From positions 8,618,001 through 8,682,000 of the forward strand of contig NC_043025.1 of the NCBI RefSeq assembly GCF_006345805.1: DNA of 64,000 nt. Reading direction: 5' to 3'. Position numbers and translations under genes: made by a program. This DNA comes from Octopus sinensis (lineage: Eukaryota). The stretch's first letter is position 1. Each line of letters begins with the position of its first letter. Below, in pieces: positions 33,781-46,291 of the stretch. The notes beneath the pieces were generated by a model, which saw nothing but the letters and a program-made list of their open reading frames with translations, made no database searches and was not told the DNA's origin.

Positions 33781-36700
33781 TTATTCTTTATAAGTATCAA
33801 AAGTCTTCGTGATGGAACGTGTTCCTTTTTAAGGCAGTAGGATAATATTTGAGAGAGACCAGGCTGTTGTTTCTCGTGAGTCGAGCAACTAGAGGTTCTT
33901 GCCCAGCCATTTCTTGTTTTTTTTTCTGGTGTTATTCATTGCAGTTTTGGCATGTCGAGTTATTTGACAGGTTCAAACTGTTAATTCTATTTTACCGAGT
34001 GAATTCGAAGATCTGCAAACATTGCTGGTAGAATGTATCCGACTTGTTCACTTCTGCTAATGTCTCTCGTGTTTCATGACCATAAGGAACTGTTGGTACT
34101 ATTACACTATATAGCTAAAACTTTCATATTGGTACTGATTGTCTACATTTGGTACCTACACTACCGTCAGAAATTAATTAGCACCCTTGATTTGCTCTTC
34201 ACTCAAGGTATGTGCTGTCACCTAGTGGCCATATCTCGAACTATTGCTTTGTTGCGAGTTCACTGTTGCGCAGAACGATGACGTAACTTTGTTTGCAGAG
34301 CAGTTTGAGAGTCTACAGCCTTATGATGTTGACATAGCAGTGCAACAACAACTTGGAGTGCGGATGCAGACAAATCTTCCTTTGTTTAATAGATATAGGT
34401 AGCGCCTCGCAAGGACCGAAATCACACCATACTAAGTTTTCTCATCGCGTAAGACGTTTTGAACAGCTCATAGGTTAATTGATTTAACCTATTTAATGTA
34501 GAAATTTGAGAAGTGCTAATTAATTTCTGACGCAAGTGTATGCTGGAATTTGGCACCTGCGTTGTCAGTTCTGCGAGTCATATCACTTTCTATGTTTCCA
34601 TTACTATTCGTGACTCTAACGAAGTAGAAATTATGCACACGATCCGTAGTCTATTGTTTAAGAGGTTCTGTTGTGGAATTTACCTTCATCTGGCATGGCT
34701 CTGTGTTAAAAGGCTAACTTCCCAACCACATGGTTCTGGGTTCAGTCCTACTACATGGCACATTGGCCAAGTGTCATCTACTATAGCCTCGGGCCGACCA
34801 AAACCTTGTGAGTGGATTTTGTAAAGGGGAACAGAAAGTAGCCTGTCATATATAAAGATATATGTGCTAACCACATGGTTCTGGGTTCAGTCCTACTGCA
34901 TGGCACATCGGCCAAGTGTCATCTACTATAGCCTCGGGCCGACCAAAACCTTGTGAGTGGATTTTGTAAAGGGGAACAGAAAGTAGCCTGTCATATATAA
35001 AGATATATGTGCTAACCACATGGTTCTGGGTTCACTCCTACTGCATGGCACATCCAACCATTTATTCTTGGTCTACCACTAAATCTGCTGTTTGGCTCAA
35101 CTTGAAGAATCTGTCCTGCAATTCTTTCCTTTAATATTCCAGTCACCATGTTAATACCAAAGCTGTGACCCTTCAATGCAGAGACTCCCCGTAACTATAG
35201 ATATTATCCAACCAGCTTGTCCTTGGCCTACTGCTAAATATCCTGTTGGTTAGCTCAGCTTGAAAAATTCATCTTGCAGTTTTTTCCTTTAATACCCCAA
35301 TCGCATGTCGATAATACCAAAGCCGTGACCCTTCAATGTAGAGACTCCCTGTAATTATCGATATTATCTAACCATCTTGTTCTTGGTCTACTCCATTTCA
35401 GTGTGGCTGTTGACAGTACCGCCTGACTGGCCCTCGTGCCAGTGGCACGTAAAAGCACCCACTACACTCTCAGAGTGGTTGGCGTTAGGAAGAGCATCCA
35501 GCTGTAGAAACTCTGCCAGATCAGATTGGAGCTTGGTGAGGCCATCTGGTTTGCCAGTCCTCAGTCAAATCAGCTTGAAGAATCTGTTTTGGGATTGTTT
35601 CTTGTGACAGACTAATCATAGACAGGAGTGGGGACACTCACAAGCCCCTGGCTGTCAGATTGCATTATAAATGGGTTCCACTGTGTGAGAGAGTTTTCTT
35701 CCTGAAGCCTAGGTTGAAGGAAGGGCCATTCTGGTTATTGCATGTATATGCACCAAACAGTGAAGCCATATACAAGTCCTTCCTTCCTATTATTTTCAAC
35801 TAAAAGCTCCAACCGATCATGGCCGATGCCGGACCCCCCTAGCACCTGTGCAGGTGGCACGTAAAAAGCACCCACTACACTTGTGGAGTGGTTGGCGTTT
35901 GGAAGGGCATCCAGCTGTAGAAACACTGCCAGATCAGACTGGAGCCTGGTGCAGACCCTGGTCGTACCGTCCAACCCGTGCTAGCACGGAAAACAGACGT
36001 TAAACGATGATGATGATGAATAATAAAACATCTGGTAAAATAATCTTGACATTATTCTACTTGTGTATAGATAACCTCACTGTGTCTTTTATCTTCTACT
36101 TGTTTCTGTCATTAGACTGTGGCCATGCTGTGGCACTGCCTTGAAGAATTTTTGATCAAATGTATCAACCCCAGTACTTATTTTTTTAAAAGCCTGGTAC
36201 TTATTCTATCAGTGTCTTTTTCCGAACTGCTAAGTTATGATTTGACTGAGGACTGGCAAACCAGATGGCCTCACCAAGCTCCAATCTGATCTGGCAGAGT
36301 TTCTACAGCTGGATGCTCTTCCTAACGCCAACCACTCCGAGAGTGTAGTGGATGCTTTTACGTGCCACCGGCACGAGGGCCAGTCAGGCAGTACTGGCAA
36401 CGACAAAGCTCAAAAGGTGTTTTTTACGTGCTACCTGCACAGGAGCCAGTCCAGCAGCACTGGCAATGACCTCACTCAAATGCTGTTTTTCATGTGCCAG
36501 TAAGGTGACACTGGTAACGATCACGCTCGAATGGTGCCTTCTATGTGCCTCTGGCATGGAAGCCGGTTTGCTGCTCTGACAACGATCACGCTCGGATGGT
36601 GCTCTTAGCGCTCCACTAGCACAGATGCCAGTCATCGAATTTGATTTCGATCAATATTTGTTTTTGTTATGTCCCAACACCATCTCGATATTGTGAAGGT

Positions 36701-38202
36701 GCATGGCTCAGTGGTTCAAGTGTTGGGCTCACAATCATAAGGTACTGAGTTCGGTTCCTGGACCAGACTGTGTCTTGTGTTCTTGAGCAAGACACTTTAT
36801 TTCACTTTGCTCCAGTTCACTCAGCTGCAGAAATGAGTTGCGACATCACTGGTGCCAAGCTGCATTGGCCTTTGCCTTTCCCTTGGATAACATCAGTGGT
36901 GGGGAGAAGGGAGGCTGGTATGCTGGGCGACTGCTGGTCTTCCATAAACAACCTTGCCCAGGCTTGTGCCCTGGAGGGTAGCTTTCTGGGTGCATTCTTG
37001 TGGTCATTCATGATCAAATGTGGTCTAAATTGATTTGTTATGTCCTAAACATCATCTTAGTATACCAATATATATATATAATGTGGAGGCACATGGCCTA
37101 GTGGTTAGAGCAGTGGACATGCGGTCGAGGGATCACGGGTTCGAATCTCAGACCGGGCGATGTGTGTGTTTATGAACGAAACACCTAAGCTCCATACGGC
37201 TCCGACAGAAGGTAATGACAAAACTTCTGCTGACACTTTCGCCACAACTTTCTCTCACTCTTTCCTCCTGCATCTTGCAGCTCACCTGCGACGGACCGGC
37301 GTCCCGTCCAGGTGGGGAACCTATACGCCAAGGAAACCGGGAAACCGGCCCTTATGAGCCAGGCATGGCTCGAGAAGGAACAAACAAACAACAGCGGACA
37401 TGCGGTCGAGGGATTGCCAGTTCATGACGGCGGCCATGCTGGAGCACCGCCTTTAGTCGAGCAAATCGACCCCGGGACTTATTCTTTGTAAGCCCAGTAC
37501 TTATTCCATCAGTCTCTTTTTGCCGAACCGCTAAGTGACGGGGACGTAAACGCACCAGCATCGGTTGTCAAGCAATGCTAGGGGGACAAACACAGACACA
37601 CAAACACACACATATATATATATACACATATACGACAGGCTTCTTTCAGTTTCCATCTACCAAATCCACTCACAAGGCATTGGTCGGCCCGGGGCTATAG
37701 CAGAAGACACTTGCCCAAGATGCCACGCAGTGGAACTGAACCCGGAACCATGTGGTCGGTTAGCAAGCTACTTACCACACAGCCACTCCTATATATATTT
37801 ATTTTACTAAACTCCTCCAAAACCTTAATTCATCATCATTTAATGTCTATTTTCCATGCTAGCATGGGTTGGATGGTTCGACTGAGGTCTGGGAAGCCAG
37901 GAGGCTGCGTCAGGCTCCAGTCTGATCTGGCAGTGTTTCTCAGCTGGATGCCCTTCTTAACACCAACCACTCTGTGAGTGTAGTGGGTGGTTTTTACGTG
38001 CCACTGGCACAAGTGCCAGGGGAGGCTGGCAACATCCACAATCCGTTGGTCCTTTTTACGTGCCACCGGCACGGAAGCCAGTCAAAGCGGCACTTAATTC
38101 AAATTATCAAGCAGAGTGTTTCAGTCTAAATACAACTTAACGATGCAGAAGATATGTCTGTTAATTCTTATATATTTTACTATTTTGGTATTTTATTTCT
38201 AG

Positions 38203-38265
38203 TGAAAGAAGCTAGTAAGGATGTGACGTATACAGGTGTTATAATTGTTGGAGTTGGTATCACAG
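38203..38265 (+). CDS. TIMM21: TIMM21 coding exon 2
   Basis: (V)KEASKDVTYTGVIIVGVGIT(A), start of the TM segment (cf. VKEAGRDFTYLIVVLIGISIT). Acceptor tttctag, donor gtaagt, 63 bp. Confidence 0.93.
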
Positions 38266-38780
38266 GTAAGTGTTTTGAAGCAAATATTTTCCTCATCATT
38301 ACACCTTTATCCCCATTTTAATATACCGTTGTATATTTTGTCTTTTGTATTCTTGTGCATAAGAAATTTTAAGAACTAGCAGAGATACTCAGAGTGGCTC
38401 GGGATTAAAATAGCATAGTTTTTTTAATCTTTTACTTGTTTCAGTCATTTGACTGTGGCCTTGCTGGAGCACTGCCTTTAGTTGAACAGAGAGGAAGAGG
38501 GAGGGGGAAAGAAAGAAAGAAAACAGACTAAAAGAGAGGAACTATTACAGAGGGTGGGTGAGGATATATGTAGGTAAGAGAAGCAGAGAATGAGAAAAGG
38601 AAGAGAATCGGTTGAAAACTGCAGTTTTTAGAGAAAACCGCATGTAATAATAATAATAATGAAATTATTGTATACAGTGCTCAGGTGCACCACAACTTGT
38701 CAGAAAGTGTGTATAAAGTATATGCAGTAATGTACAAATATCTGGAAAGTGAACAATGTATGAGTCAGATACATGCTTGC

Positions 38781-39495
38781 GTGTGTATGGAGGGTGGAAA
38801 ATCAGGTGTAGTGTTGGCAATCTCTCAGGAAGCATGGAAGTTTTGAAGGATGCAGTGCTCCGACAACTAACAACTGATGCCGGCAGTTTGTTCCATGCTT
38901 CAGCGTGTGTATTGAGGGGAGAAAATCAGGTGTAGTGTTGGCGAATCTCAGCTAAGCATGGAAGTTTTGAAGGATGCAGTGCTCCAACAACTAACAACTG
39001 ATGCCGGCAGTTTGTTCCATGCTTCAGCGTGTGTATGGAGGGGAGAAAATCAGGTGTAGTGTTGGCGAATCTCTCAGAAAGCATGGAAGTTTTGAAGGAT
39101 GCAGTGCTCCGACAACTAACAACTGATGCCGGCAGTTTGTTCCATGCTTCAGCGTGTGTATGGAGGGGAGAAAATCAGGTGTAGTGTTGGTGAATCTCAG
39201 GAAGCATGGAAGTTTTGAAGGATGCAGTGCTCCGACAACTAACAACTGATGCCGGCAGTTTGTTCCATGCTTCAGCGTGTGTATGGAGGGGAGAAAATCA
39301 GGTGTAGTGTTGGTGAATCTCAGGAAGCATGGAAGTTTTGAAGGATGCAGTGCTCCGACAACTAACAACTGATGCCAGAAGTTTGTTCCATACTTCAGCA
39401 ACTCTCAGCATGAAAAAATGTTTCCGAAAATCATGGGAGCTGTGCTGTTTTCTGACTTTGTAAATATGTTCACGGGTGTTAGACGGGTGGAGTTT
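38781..39495 (-). mobile_element. CR1-like LINE 3' end whose terminal ~124 bp is amplified five times
   Basis: The minus strand encodes RKHFFMLRVAEVWNKL...SFK. Units start at 38781, 38905, 39029, 39154 and 39277. Confidence 0.8.
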
Positions 39496-40299
39496 GAAAA
39501 CACCCTTTTTCCCGATTTCTCGCTTTAAGCAGGAGCTCTGGGCAAAAAATAGTGCATGACCATCCTTTGCACATAAGTATTGTGTGTGTAAAGTTTGGTG
39601 AAAATTGGTTGAAAACTGCAGAAACGCATACATATTACACACACAGACATCCTTTGTTTTATATATAAAATATCTTTGAAATTCTAAGTGGTAACAAACT
39701 AATTTTAGCACTACAAGATGTGTTGAACCGTTAATCTCTTCATATTTTTTTCTCTCTCCATTTTTTTTTTTCCTCTCAATCCTTTTTGTCAAAACATCAA
39801 AGACTTTTCCATTCTCCCTAAGTCTCAAATTAATACACCTCCTTGTTGTTCCCTCACTTGTCTTCATCTTATTGTACATTTGAACTTTATATATGTATAT
39901 ATGTAAAGGGTGGAAGAACTCTTGAGAGTCAATGGCCATCCAATAAATGTCTTAAGGCTGTATCATGCGTGGGGATATAGAAATAATCGGACTGAATACC
40001 CGATCGCGCAGTTAAACCATTGGGAGTGAAGGACTCCTGGCCTTTGTTTGGGCATCCTTCTAGAAGAAGGTAACTCAGGTATCTGGGATAACTCCGACAT
40101 AAAACTGTGGCTCAGTGGTTACCGATGATGTTGACTTGTTCTTCTGTTCGGATTATGGCTGCTGTTGCTTAGTGAGTGGGATTGACTCAGTGCACAGCCT
40201 TTCCTCACTTAAAAAAAATCTTCTTGCACAGGCATTGCACGATAACAACATTGATTAAGCTTCGTGCAATGGCCATACTCAATAACGAGGGGGCAGCCA

Positions 40300-40301
40300 C
40301 C

Positions 40302-40333
<32 letters not shown>

Positions 40334-40504
40334 GTATATATATATGTTTGTATATATATGCATGTATGTATATATATATGTATGTATATATATATGTATG
40401 TATATATATAATATATATGTATGTATATATATATATGTATGTATGTATAATATATATATATATGTATGTTATATATATATGTATGTATATATTATATGTA
40501 TGTA

Positions 40505-40539
<35 letters not shown>

Positions 40540-40914
40540 CATATATGTATGTATGTATATATGTATGTATGTATATATATATATATACGTATGTATGTAT
40601 ATATATATGTATGTATATATATATATATATGTAATGTGTGTATATATATATATATATGTATGTAATATATATATATATATGTTATATATATATATATGTT
40701 ATATATATATGTTTATATATATATGTATATATATATATATGTTTATATATATATGTATATATATATATGTTTATATATATATGTATATATATATAATATG
40801 TTTTATATATATATGTATATATATATATGTTTATATATATATGTATATATATATATGTTTATATATATATGTATATATATATGTTTATATATATATGTAT
40901 ATATATATAATGTT

Positions 40915-40950
<36 letters not shown>

Positions 40951-41155
40951 TGTATATATATGTTTATATATATGTATAATATATATATATATATATATGT
41001 TTATATATATGTATATATATATATTATATATATATATTATATATATATGTATATATATATGTTTATATATATATGTATATATATATATGTATATATGTAT
41101 ATATATATGTTTATATATATATATGTGTATGTATATATGTATGTATAATATATAT

Positions 41156-41199
<44 letters not shown>

Positions 41200-41208
41200 A
41201 ATATATAA
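40300..41208. repeat. (TA)n/(TATG)n/(TATATGTT)n microsatellite
   Basis: Read directly; about 0.9 kb in TIMM21 intron 2. Confidence 0.95.
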
Positions 41209-41568
41209 CATCATCATCCCCTTTTAGCGTCCATTTTCCTTGCTGGCATGGGTTGGACGGTTTGACAGGAGCTGGTAAACTGGACAGCTGCACCAGGCTC
41301 CAGTAGTCTGTTTTGGTTTGGCTTCTACTGCTAGATGCCTTTCCTAACACCAATCACTTTACAGTGTGTGCCATGTGCTTTTACGTGGCACCAGCTTGAG
41401 TGCCTTCACTCAGTACCGTTACAGGATTCTTGCCAACTAGGTCAGTGATGCTATCCAAGCAGGGGTCAAAGCTGGTTTGGCTTGGCTTCTACAGCTGGTT
41501 GCCCTTCCTGATGCCAACCACTTTACAGTATGTGCTGGATGCTTTAATTAATGTCAAGAGTGCATCAA

Positions 41569-43234
41569 CCCTTTCGTTACCAACTCGGCTCAAACTGCCC
41601 CTGGCTCTGAGTACTGGACTTGTTTCGTAAGTTTTGAATTAGAATCTTCCACTAAACCTTAGTCACAATTTATGTTCCTAACACTAACTTAATGATTACT
41701 AAGTTATTTTACTAAATTCTTTGTTATATTTAAAATTAATTGAAAGAAGCACAGAGCATCTCAACAGAAATATGGTAACAAAAGGGTTCAAGTCACCATG
41801 ATATTTTTAACCCTTTTGATATCAACTCGGCTGAAACCACCCCTGGCTCTGTAATACAAATGTCTTGTTTTCGTAAGTTTTGAATTAGAATCTTCCACTA
41901 AACCTTAGTCACAATTTATGTTCCTAACACTAGCTTAATGATAACTAAGTTATTCTACTAAATTCTTTGTTATATTCAAAATTAATTGAAAGAAGCACAG
42001 AGCATCTCAACAGAAATATGGTAACAAAAGGGTTCAAGTCACCATGATATTTTTAACCCTTTTGATATCAACTCAGCTGAAACCGCCTCTGGTTCTGTAG
42101 TACAAATGTCTTGTTTTCATAAGTTTTGAATTAAAATCTTCCACCAAACCTTAGTCACAATTTATGTTCCTAACACTAGCTTAATGATAACTAAGTTACT
42201 TTACTAAATTCTTTGTTATATTTAAAATTAATTGAAAGAAACACAGAGCATCTCAACAGAAATATGGTAACAAAAGGGTTCAAGTCACCATGATATTTTT
42301 AACCCTTTTGATACCAACCTAACTGAACCACCCCTGGCTCTGTAATACAATGTCTTGTTTTCGTAAGTTTTGAATTAGAATCTTCCACTAAACCTTAGTC
42401 ACAATTATGTTCCTAACACTAGCTTAATGATAACTAAGTTATTCTACTAAATTCTTTGTTATATTCAAAATTAATTGAAAGAAGCACAGAGCATCTCAAC
42501 AGAAATATGGTAACAAAAGGGTTCAAGTCACCATGATATTTTTAACCCTTTTGATATCAACTCAGCTGAAACCGCCTCTGGTTCTGTAGTACAAATGTCT
42601 TGTTTTCATAAGTTTTGAATTAAAATCTTCCACCAAACCTTAGTCACAATTTATGTTCCTAACACTAGCTTAATGATAACTAAGTTATTTTACTAAATTC
42701 TTTGTTATATTTAAAATTAATTGAAAGAAACACAGAGCATCTCAACAGAAATATGGTAACAAAAGGGTTCAAGTCACCATGATATTTTTAACCCTTTTGA
42801 TACCAACCTAACTGAAACCACCCCTGGCTCTGTAGTACAAATGTCTTGTTTACATAAGTTTTCAGTTAAATTTTTCCACCAAGCCTTAGTCACAATTTAT
42901 GTTCCTAACACTAGCTTAATGATAATAACCAAGTTATTTTACTAAATTCTTTGTTCAGAAACGTTAGCAGCCGGGCGAAATGCTTAGCGGTATTTCGTCT
43001 GCCGGTACGTTCTGGGTTCAAATTCCGCCGAGGTCGACTTTGCCTTTCATCCTTTCGGGGTCGATAAATTAAGTACCAGTTACGCGCAGGGGTCGATGTA
43101 ATTGACTTAATCCGTTTGTCTGTCCTTGTTTGTCCTCTCTGTGTTTAGCCCCTTGTGGGTAGTAAACAAATAGGTATTTAAAATTAATTGAAAGAAACAC
43201 AGAGCATCTCAACAAAAATAGGGTAACAAAAGGG
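41569..43234. repeat. Tandem array of six piggyBac-type MITEs with a constant 24-bp spacer
   Basis: Units start at 41569, 41811, 42057, 42303, 42546 and 42792. Spacer ttcaagtcaccatgatatttttaa. Unit 6 is interrupted by a SINE. Confidence 0.9.
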
Positions 43235-43298
43235 TTAATGCAGCACTGGCATGGGTTGTGCTGCTAACTGATCATTCTTTCTCTCTCTTCTCTTTCAG

Positions 43299-43396
43299 CT
43301 ATCATGTTTTATGCCATTGCTAAAGAACTGTTGTCCAAAGAGAGTCCAAATGCTGTGTTTGGAGAAGCCTTCAAGAGGTGCAAAAATGACCCTGAG
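43299..43396 (+). CDS. TIMM21: TIMM21 coding exon 3
   Basis: (A)IMFYAIAKELLSKESPNAVFGEAFKRCKNDPE (cf. [26 protein letters not shown]). Acceptor ctttcag, donor gtaact, 98 bp. Confidence 0.93.
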
Positions 43397-43623
43397 GTAA
43401 CTTCATAACTGTTTTTGTTTTAATTATTTATTTTTTTTTGTAATTAATTTGATTAATCATGGAAATATGTGGCCTAGTGGTCAGGGTGTGGGACTCCTGA
43501 TTGTGAAATTATGGATTCAGTTCCTGGACAGGTGACAAGTCGGATGACAGGTAAGTTCACTGCCATCAATTCACCGTGAGGAAAGTTTACCAAGAAAATA
43601 TATCCATAGCATCTCACCATTAA

Positions 43624-44523
43624 TACCGTAAATCCTCGAGTATAATCTGCATTTTTTCCCCAAAATTTAAAGGTCAAAATCCATAGTGCATATTATATAC
43701 CCACTAGGGATATTCTTTTTTGGTTCTCAACCATTTTCTTTTTTGCCCATGGACCCCTTACATTCTTATTTTACTTGGGTGGGTCCTCAGAGCCTTTCAA
43801 TGCTTAGAAAATCCTATCATATTTTTATAATTACTGTAAATCCTTGAGTATAATCCGCATTTTTTCCCCCAAAAATTTAAAGGCCAAAATCCCTAGTGCG
43901 TACTATATACGAGGTTAAAAATGAAAATTATTTTCTAAGCAATGTCTGAGTCTCTATTTGCTGTCCGGCAATGTTTATTCAGATGCATTTTGTGATGTTG
44001 GGTGTGAAAATACCTTAAGCTAAGCCTGAAAGCAATGAAGTCATAAAAAAATCATCCGTAATTTGCAGTAAACAACATTTATTAAACCTTATTACTGTTA
44101 TTTCTTTATTTTCTGCAAACAAAATGCACAAAAAAGCTACACGTTTGCATTATGTTATATATACAATAATAATAAAGGATGTTACCGTATACATTTTTAC
44201 AAACCAAGGACATTATATAAACCTCCCCGACTCAAGTTAGAGAAGGGGTGTGTATTATACACATGGTTTAGGTTTTTCAGAGGTACAGCCCCCTAAAAAT
44301 CCCCTGCGTATACACATTTGCATTATGTTATATATACAATAATAATAAAGGATGTTACCGTATACATTTTTACAAACCAAGGACGTTACATAAACCTCCC
44401 CAACTCAAGTTAGAGAAGGGGTGCATATTATACACAAGGTTTAGGTTTTTCAGAGGTACAGCCTCCTAAAAATCCCCTGCGTATTATACTCAAGGGCAGA
44501 CTATACTTGTGGATTTACGGTAG
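43624..44523. mobile_element. Tc1/pogo-like non-autonomous DNA element with internal duplications
   Basis: TA-flanked termini ccgtaaatcctcgagtataatc ... gactatacttgtggatttacgg. A second left-end copy sits at ~43833 and an internal duplication at ~44135-44480. Confidence 0.6.
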
Positions 44524-46217
44524 TTACAAACTATTTTATTGCCGAAAAACAGTGACTCAATGACGGTCAATTTTCCCTTCGCTGAATTGCCTACAGTGAA
44601 CTTTGCCTGCTTCAAATTGATGACGGTGAACTTACCAGACATGAACGCGTTGTGTTCTTGAGCAAAACGCTTCATTCCAAGTTGCCCCGGTCCAATCAGC
44701 TCACAAAAATGAGTAATCCAGCGACAGGCCAACATCCTGTCCAGGAATCAAATATACAGATCACAGAAACTGGGAAACTGACCCTTAAGTGTTTGTAGGG
44801 ATCAAGAAGGATTCTTTTATCCTTTTAACTTGCAGTATTGCCCGGCGTTGCTCGGGTTTGTAAGGGAAATAACTATATAAGCATTTTTAGAGTTACTTCC
44901 CTTATATAAACCGAGCAAAAAATGCATTAAAAATCCGTAAAAATGATGGTAAATTTTTTTTTTAAATCGTAAACTCATCGTAGACCCAGAAGGGCTCGAT
45001 AGATACCCACTTTTGGTTAAACTGCACCGCAAAATGTGGGAGTAGTTAGGAATCTAAATCGGAGGAGACAGACTCTCACACTCACAACTTCAGTTTTATA
45101 TATAAAGATTTGTTTAATCCATTTCTTTACCTTTTGTTTGCTTTAGTCAACAGGCTGTGGCCATGATGGGGCACCCACCTTGACAAAGGGTCTAGTCCAG
45201 TGATTCTCAACCATTTTGTTACCTATGGACCCTTTTGATTTCTGTTTTACTCTGCTGGACCCCTACAACCATTCAAAGTTTTTAAATGTCCTAATTTTAG
45301 AATGAAATATTAGGAATTGTATTTTAAAAAATTATTGAAATATTTTGTGTATTGTAAATGGATTTCCAATTTTTTGCAGATAAATTTAAAATGCAAAATC
45401 TTCTGTGGACCCTGGTTGAGGACCCAGGGGTCTAGCCAAACAAATCAACTCTAACTTTTATTTTAGGGTTGTATGGTAGTAGGTGGTGGTGGTGGTCGGG
45501 GTGGAGGTGGTGATGTTCATGTTGGTAGTAGTGTTGGTGGTAGTGGTGGTGATGGTGACAACAGAGGGTGGTTGTGTTGATAGTGATGGTAGGAGTGGAG
45601 GTGGTAATTGTAGAGGTTCTATTTGTGGAAGCAGTGGTGGTGGTGGTGGTGGCAGCAGTGGTGCCAGTTATTGTTGCTGTGGTGATGGTGATAGGGTGGG
45701 GTTGTGGTACAGTAGAAGCAATTGGTAGTTGATTATATTAAATTTGTGTTTAAATTAAATTTATATTAATTTATATTAGGACAGCAGGAGTGGCTGTGTG
45801 GTAAGTAGCTTGTTTACCAACCACATGGTTCTGGGTTCAGTCCCACTGCGTGGAATCTTGGGCAAGTGTCTTCTACTATAGCCTCGGGCCAACCAATGCC
45901 TTGTGAGTGGATTTGGTAGACGGAAACTGAAAGAAGCCCATCGTATATATGTATATATATATATATATTTATGCGTGTGCGTGTATGTTTGTGTGTGTGT
46001 GTTTGTCCCCCTAACATTGTTTGACGACCGATGCTGGTGTGTTTACGTCCCCGTCACTTAGCGGTTCGGCAAAAAGAGACCGATAGAATAAGTACTGGGC
46101 TTACAAAAGAATAAGTCCCGGGGTCGAGTTGCTCGATTAAAGGCGGTGCTCCAGCATGGCCGCAGTCAAATGACTGAAACAAGTAAAAGAGTATTAAATT
46201 ATATTAAATTTTTTCAG

Positions 46218-46291
46218 GTGCAGCAACTGTTGGGGGAACCAATCAAAGCATACGGAGAGGAATCAGGCCGACGCAGAAGACGCCACGTGAG
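46218..46291 (+). CDS. TIMM21: TIMM21 coding exon 4
   Basis: VQQLLGEPIKAYGEESGRRRRRHV(S), the conserved GxPIKxYGE..RRxRxHV motif. Acceptor ttttcag, donor gtgagt, 74 bp. Confidence 0.95.

Noticed and set aside
33944-34208. Possible extra TIMM21 exon (AG at 33943 or 33968, GT at 34209)
   Set aside because: The 33968 acceptor gives an immediate in-frame stop, and the TIM21 protein is already complete without an extra exon. There is no supporting homology.
14558-41306. Dozens of long YI/IY/VC/HT-rich and SL-rich ORFs in the six-frame track
   Set aside because: They are translations of (TA)n, (TG)n and (GA)n microsatellites, with no splice signals or domain content.
41569-43234. Repeat-spacer array resembling CRISPR
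   Set aside because: The spacers are identical, the repeats are 220-bp TIR elements, the context is a eukaryotic intron, and there are no cas genes.
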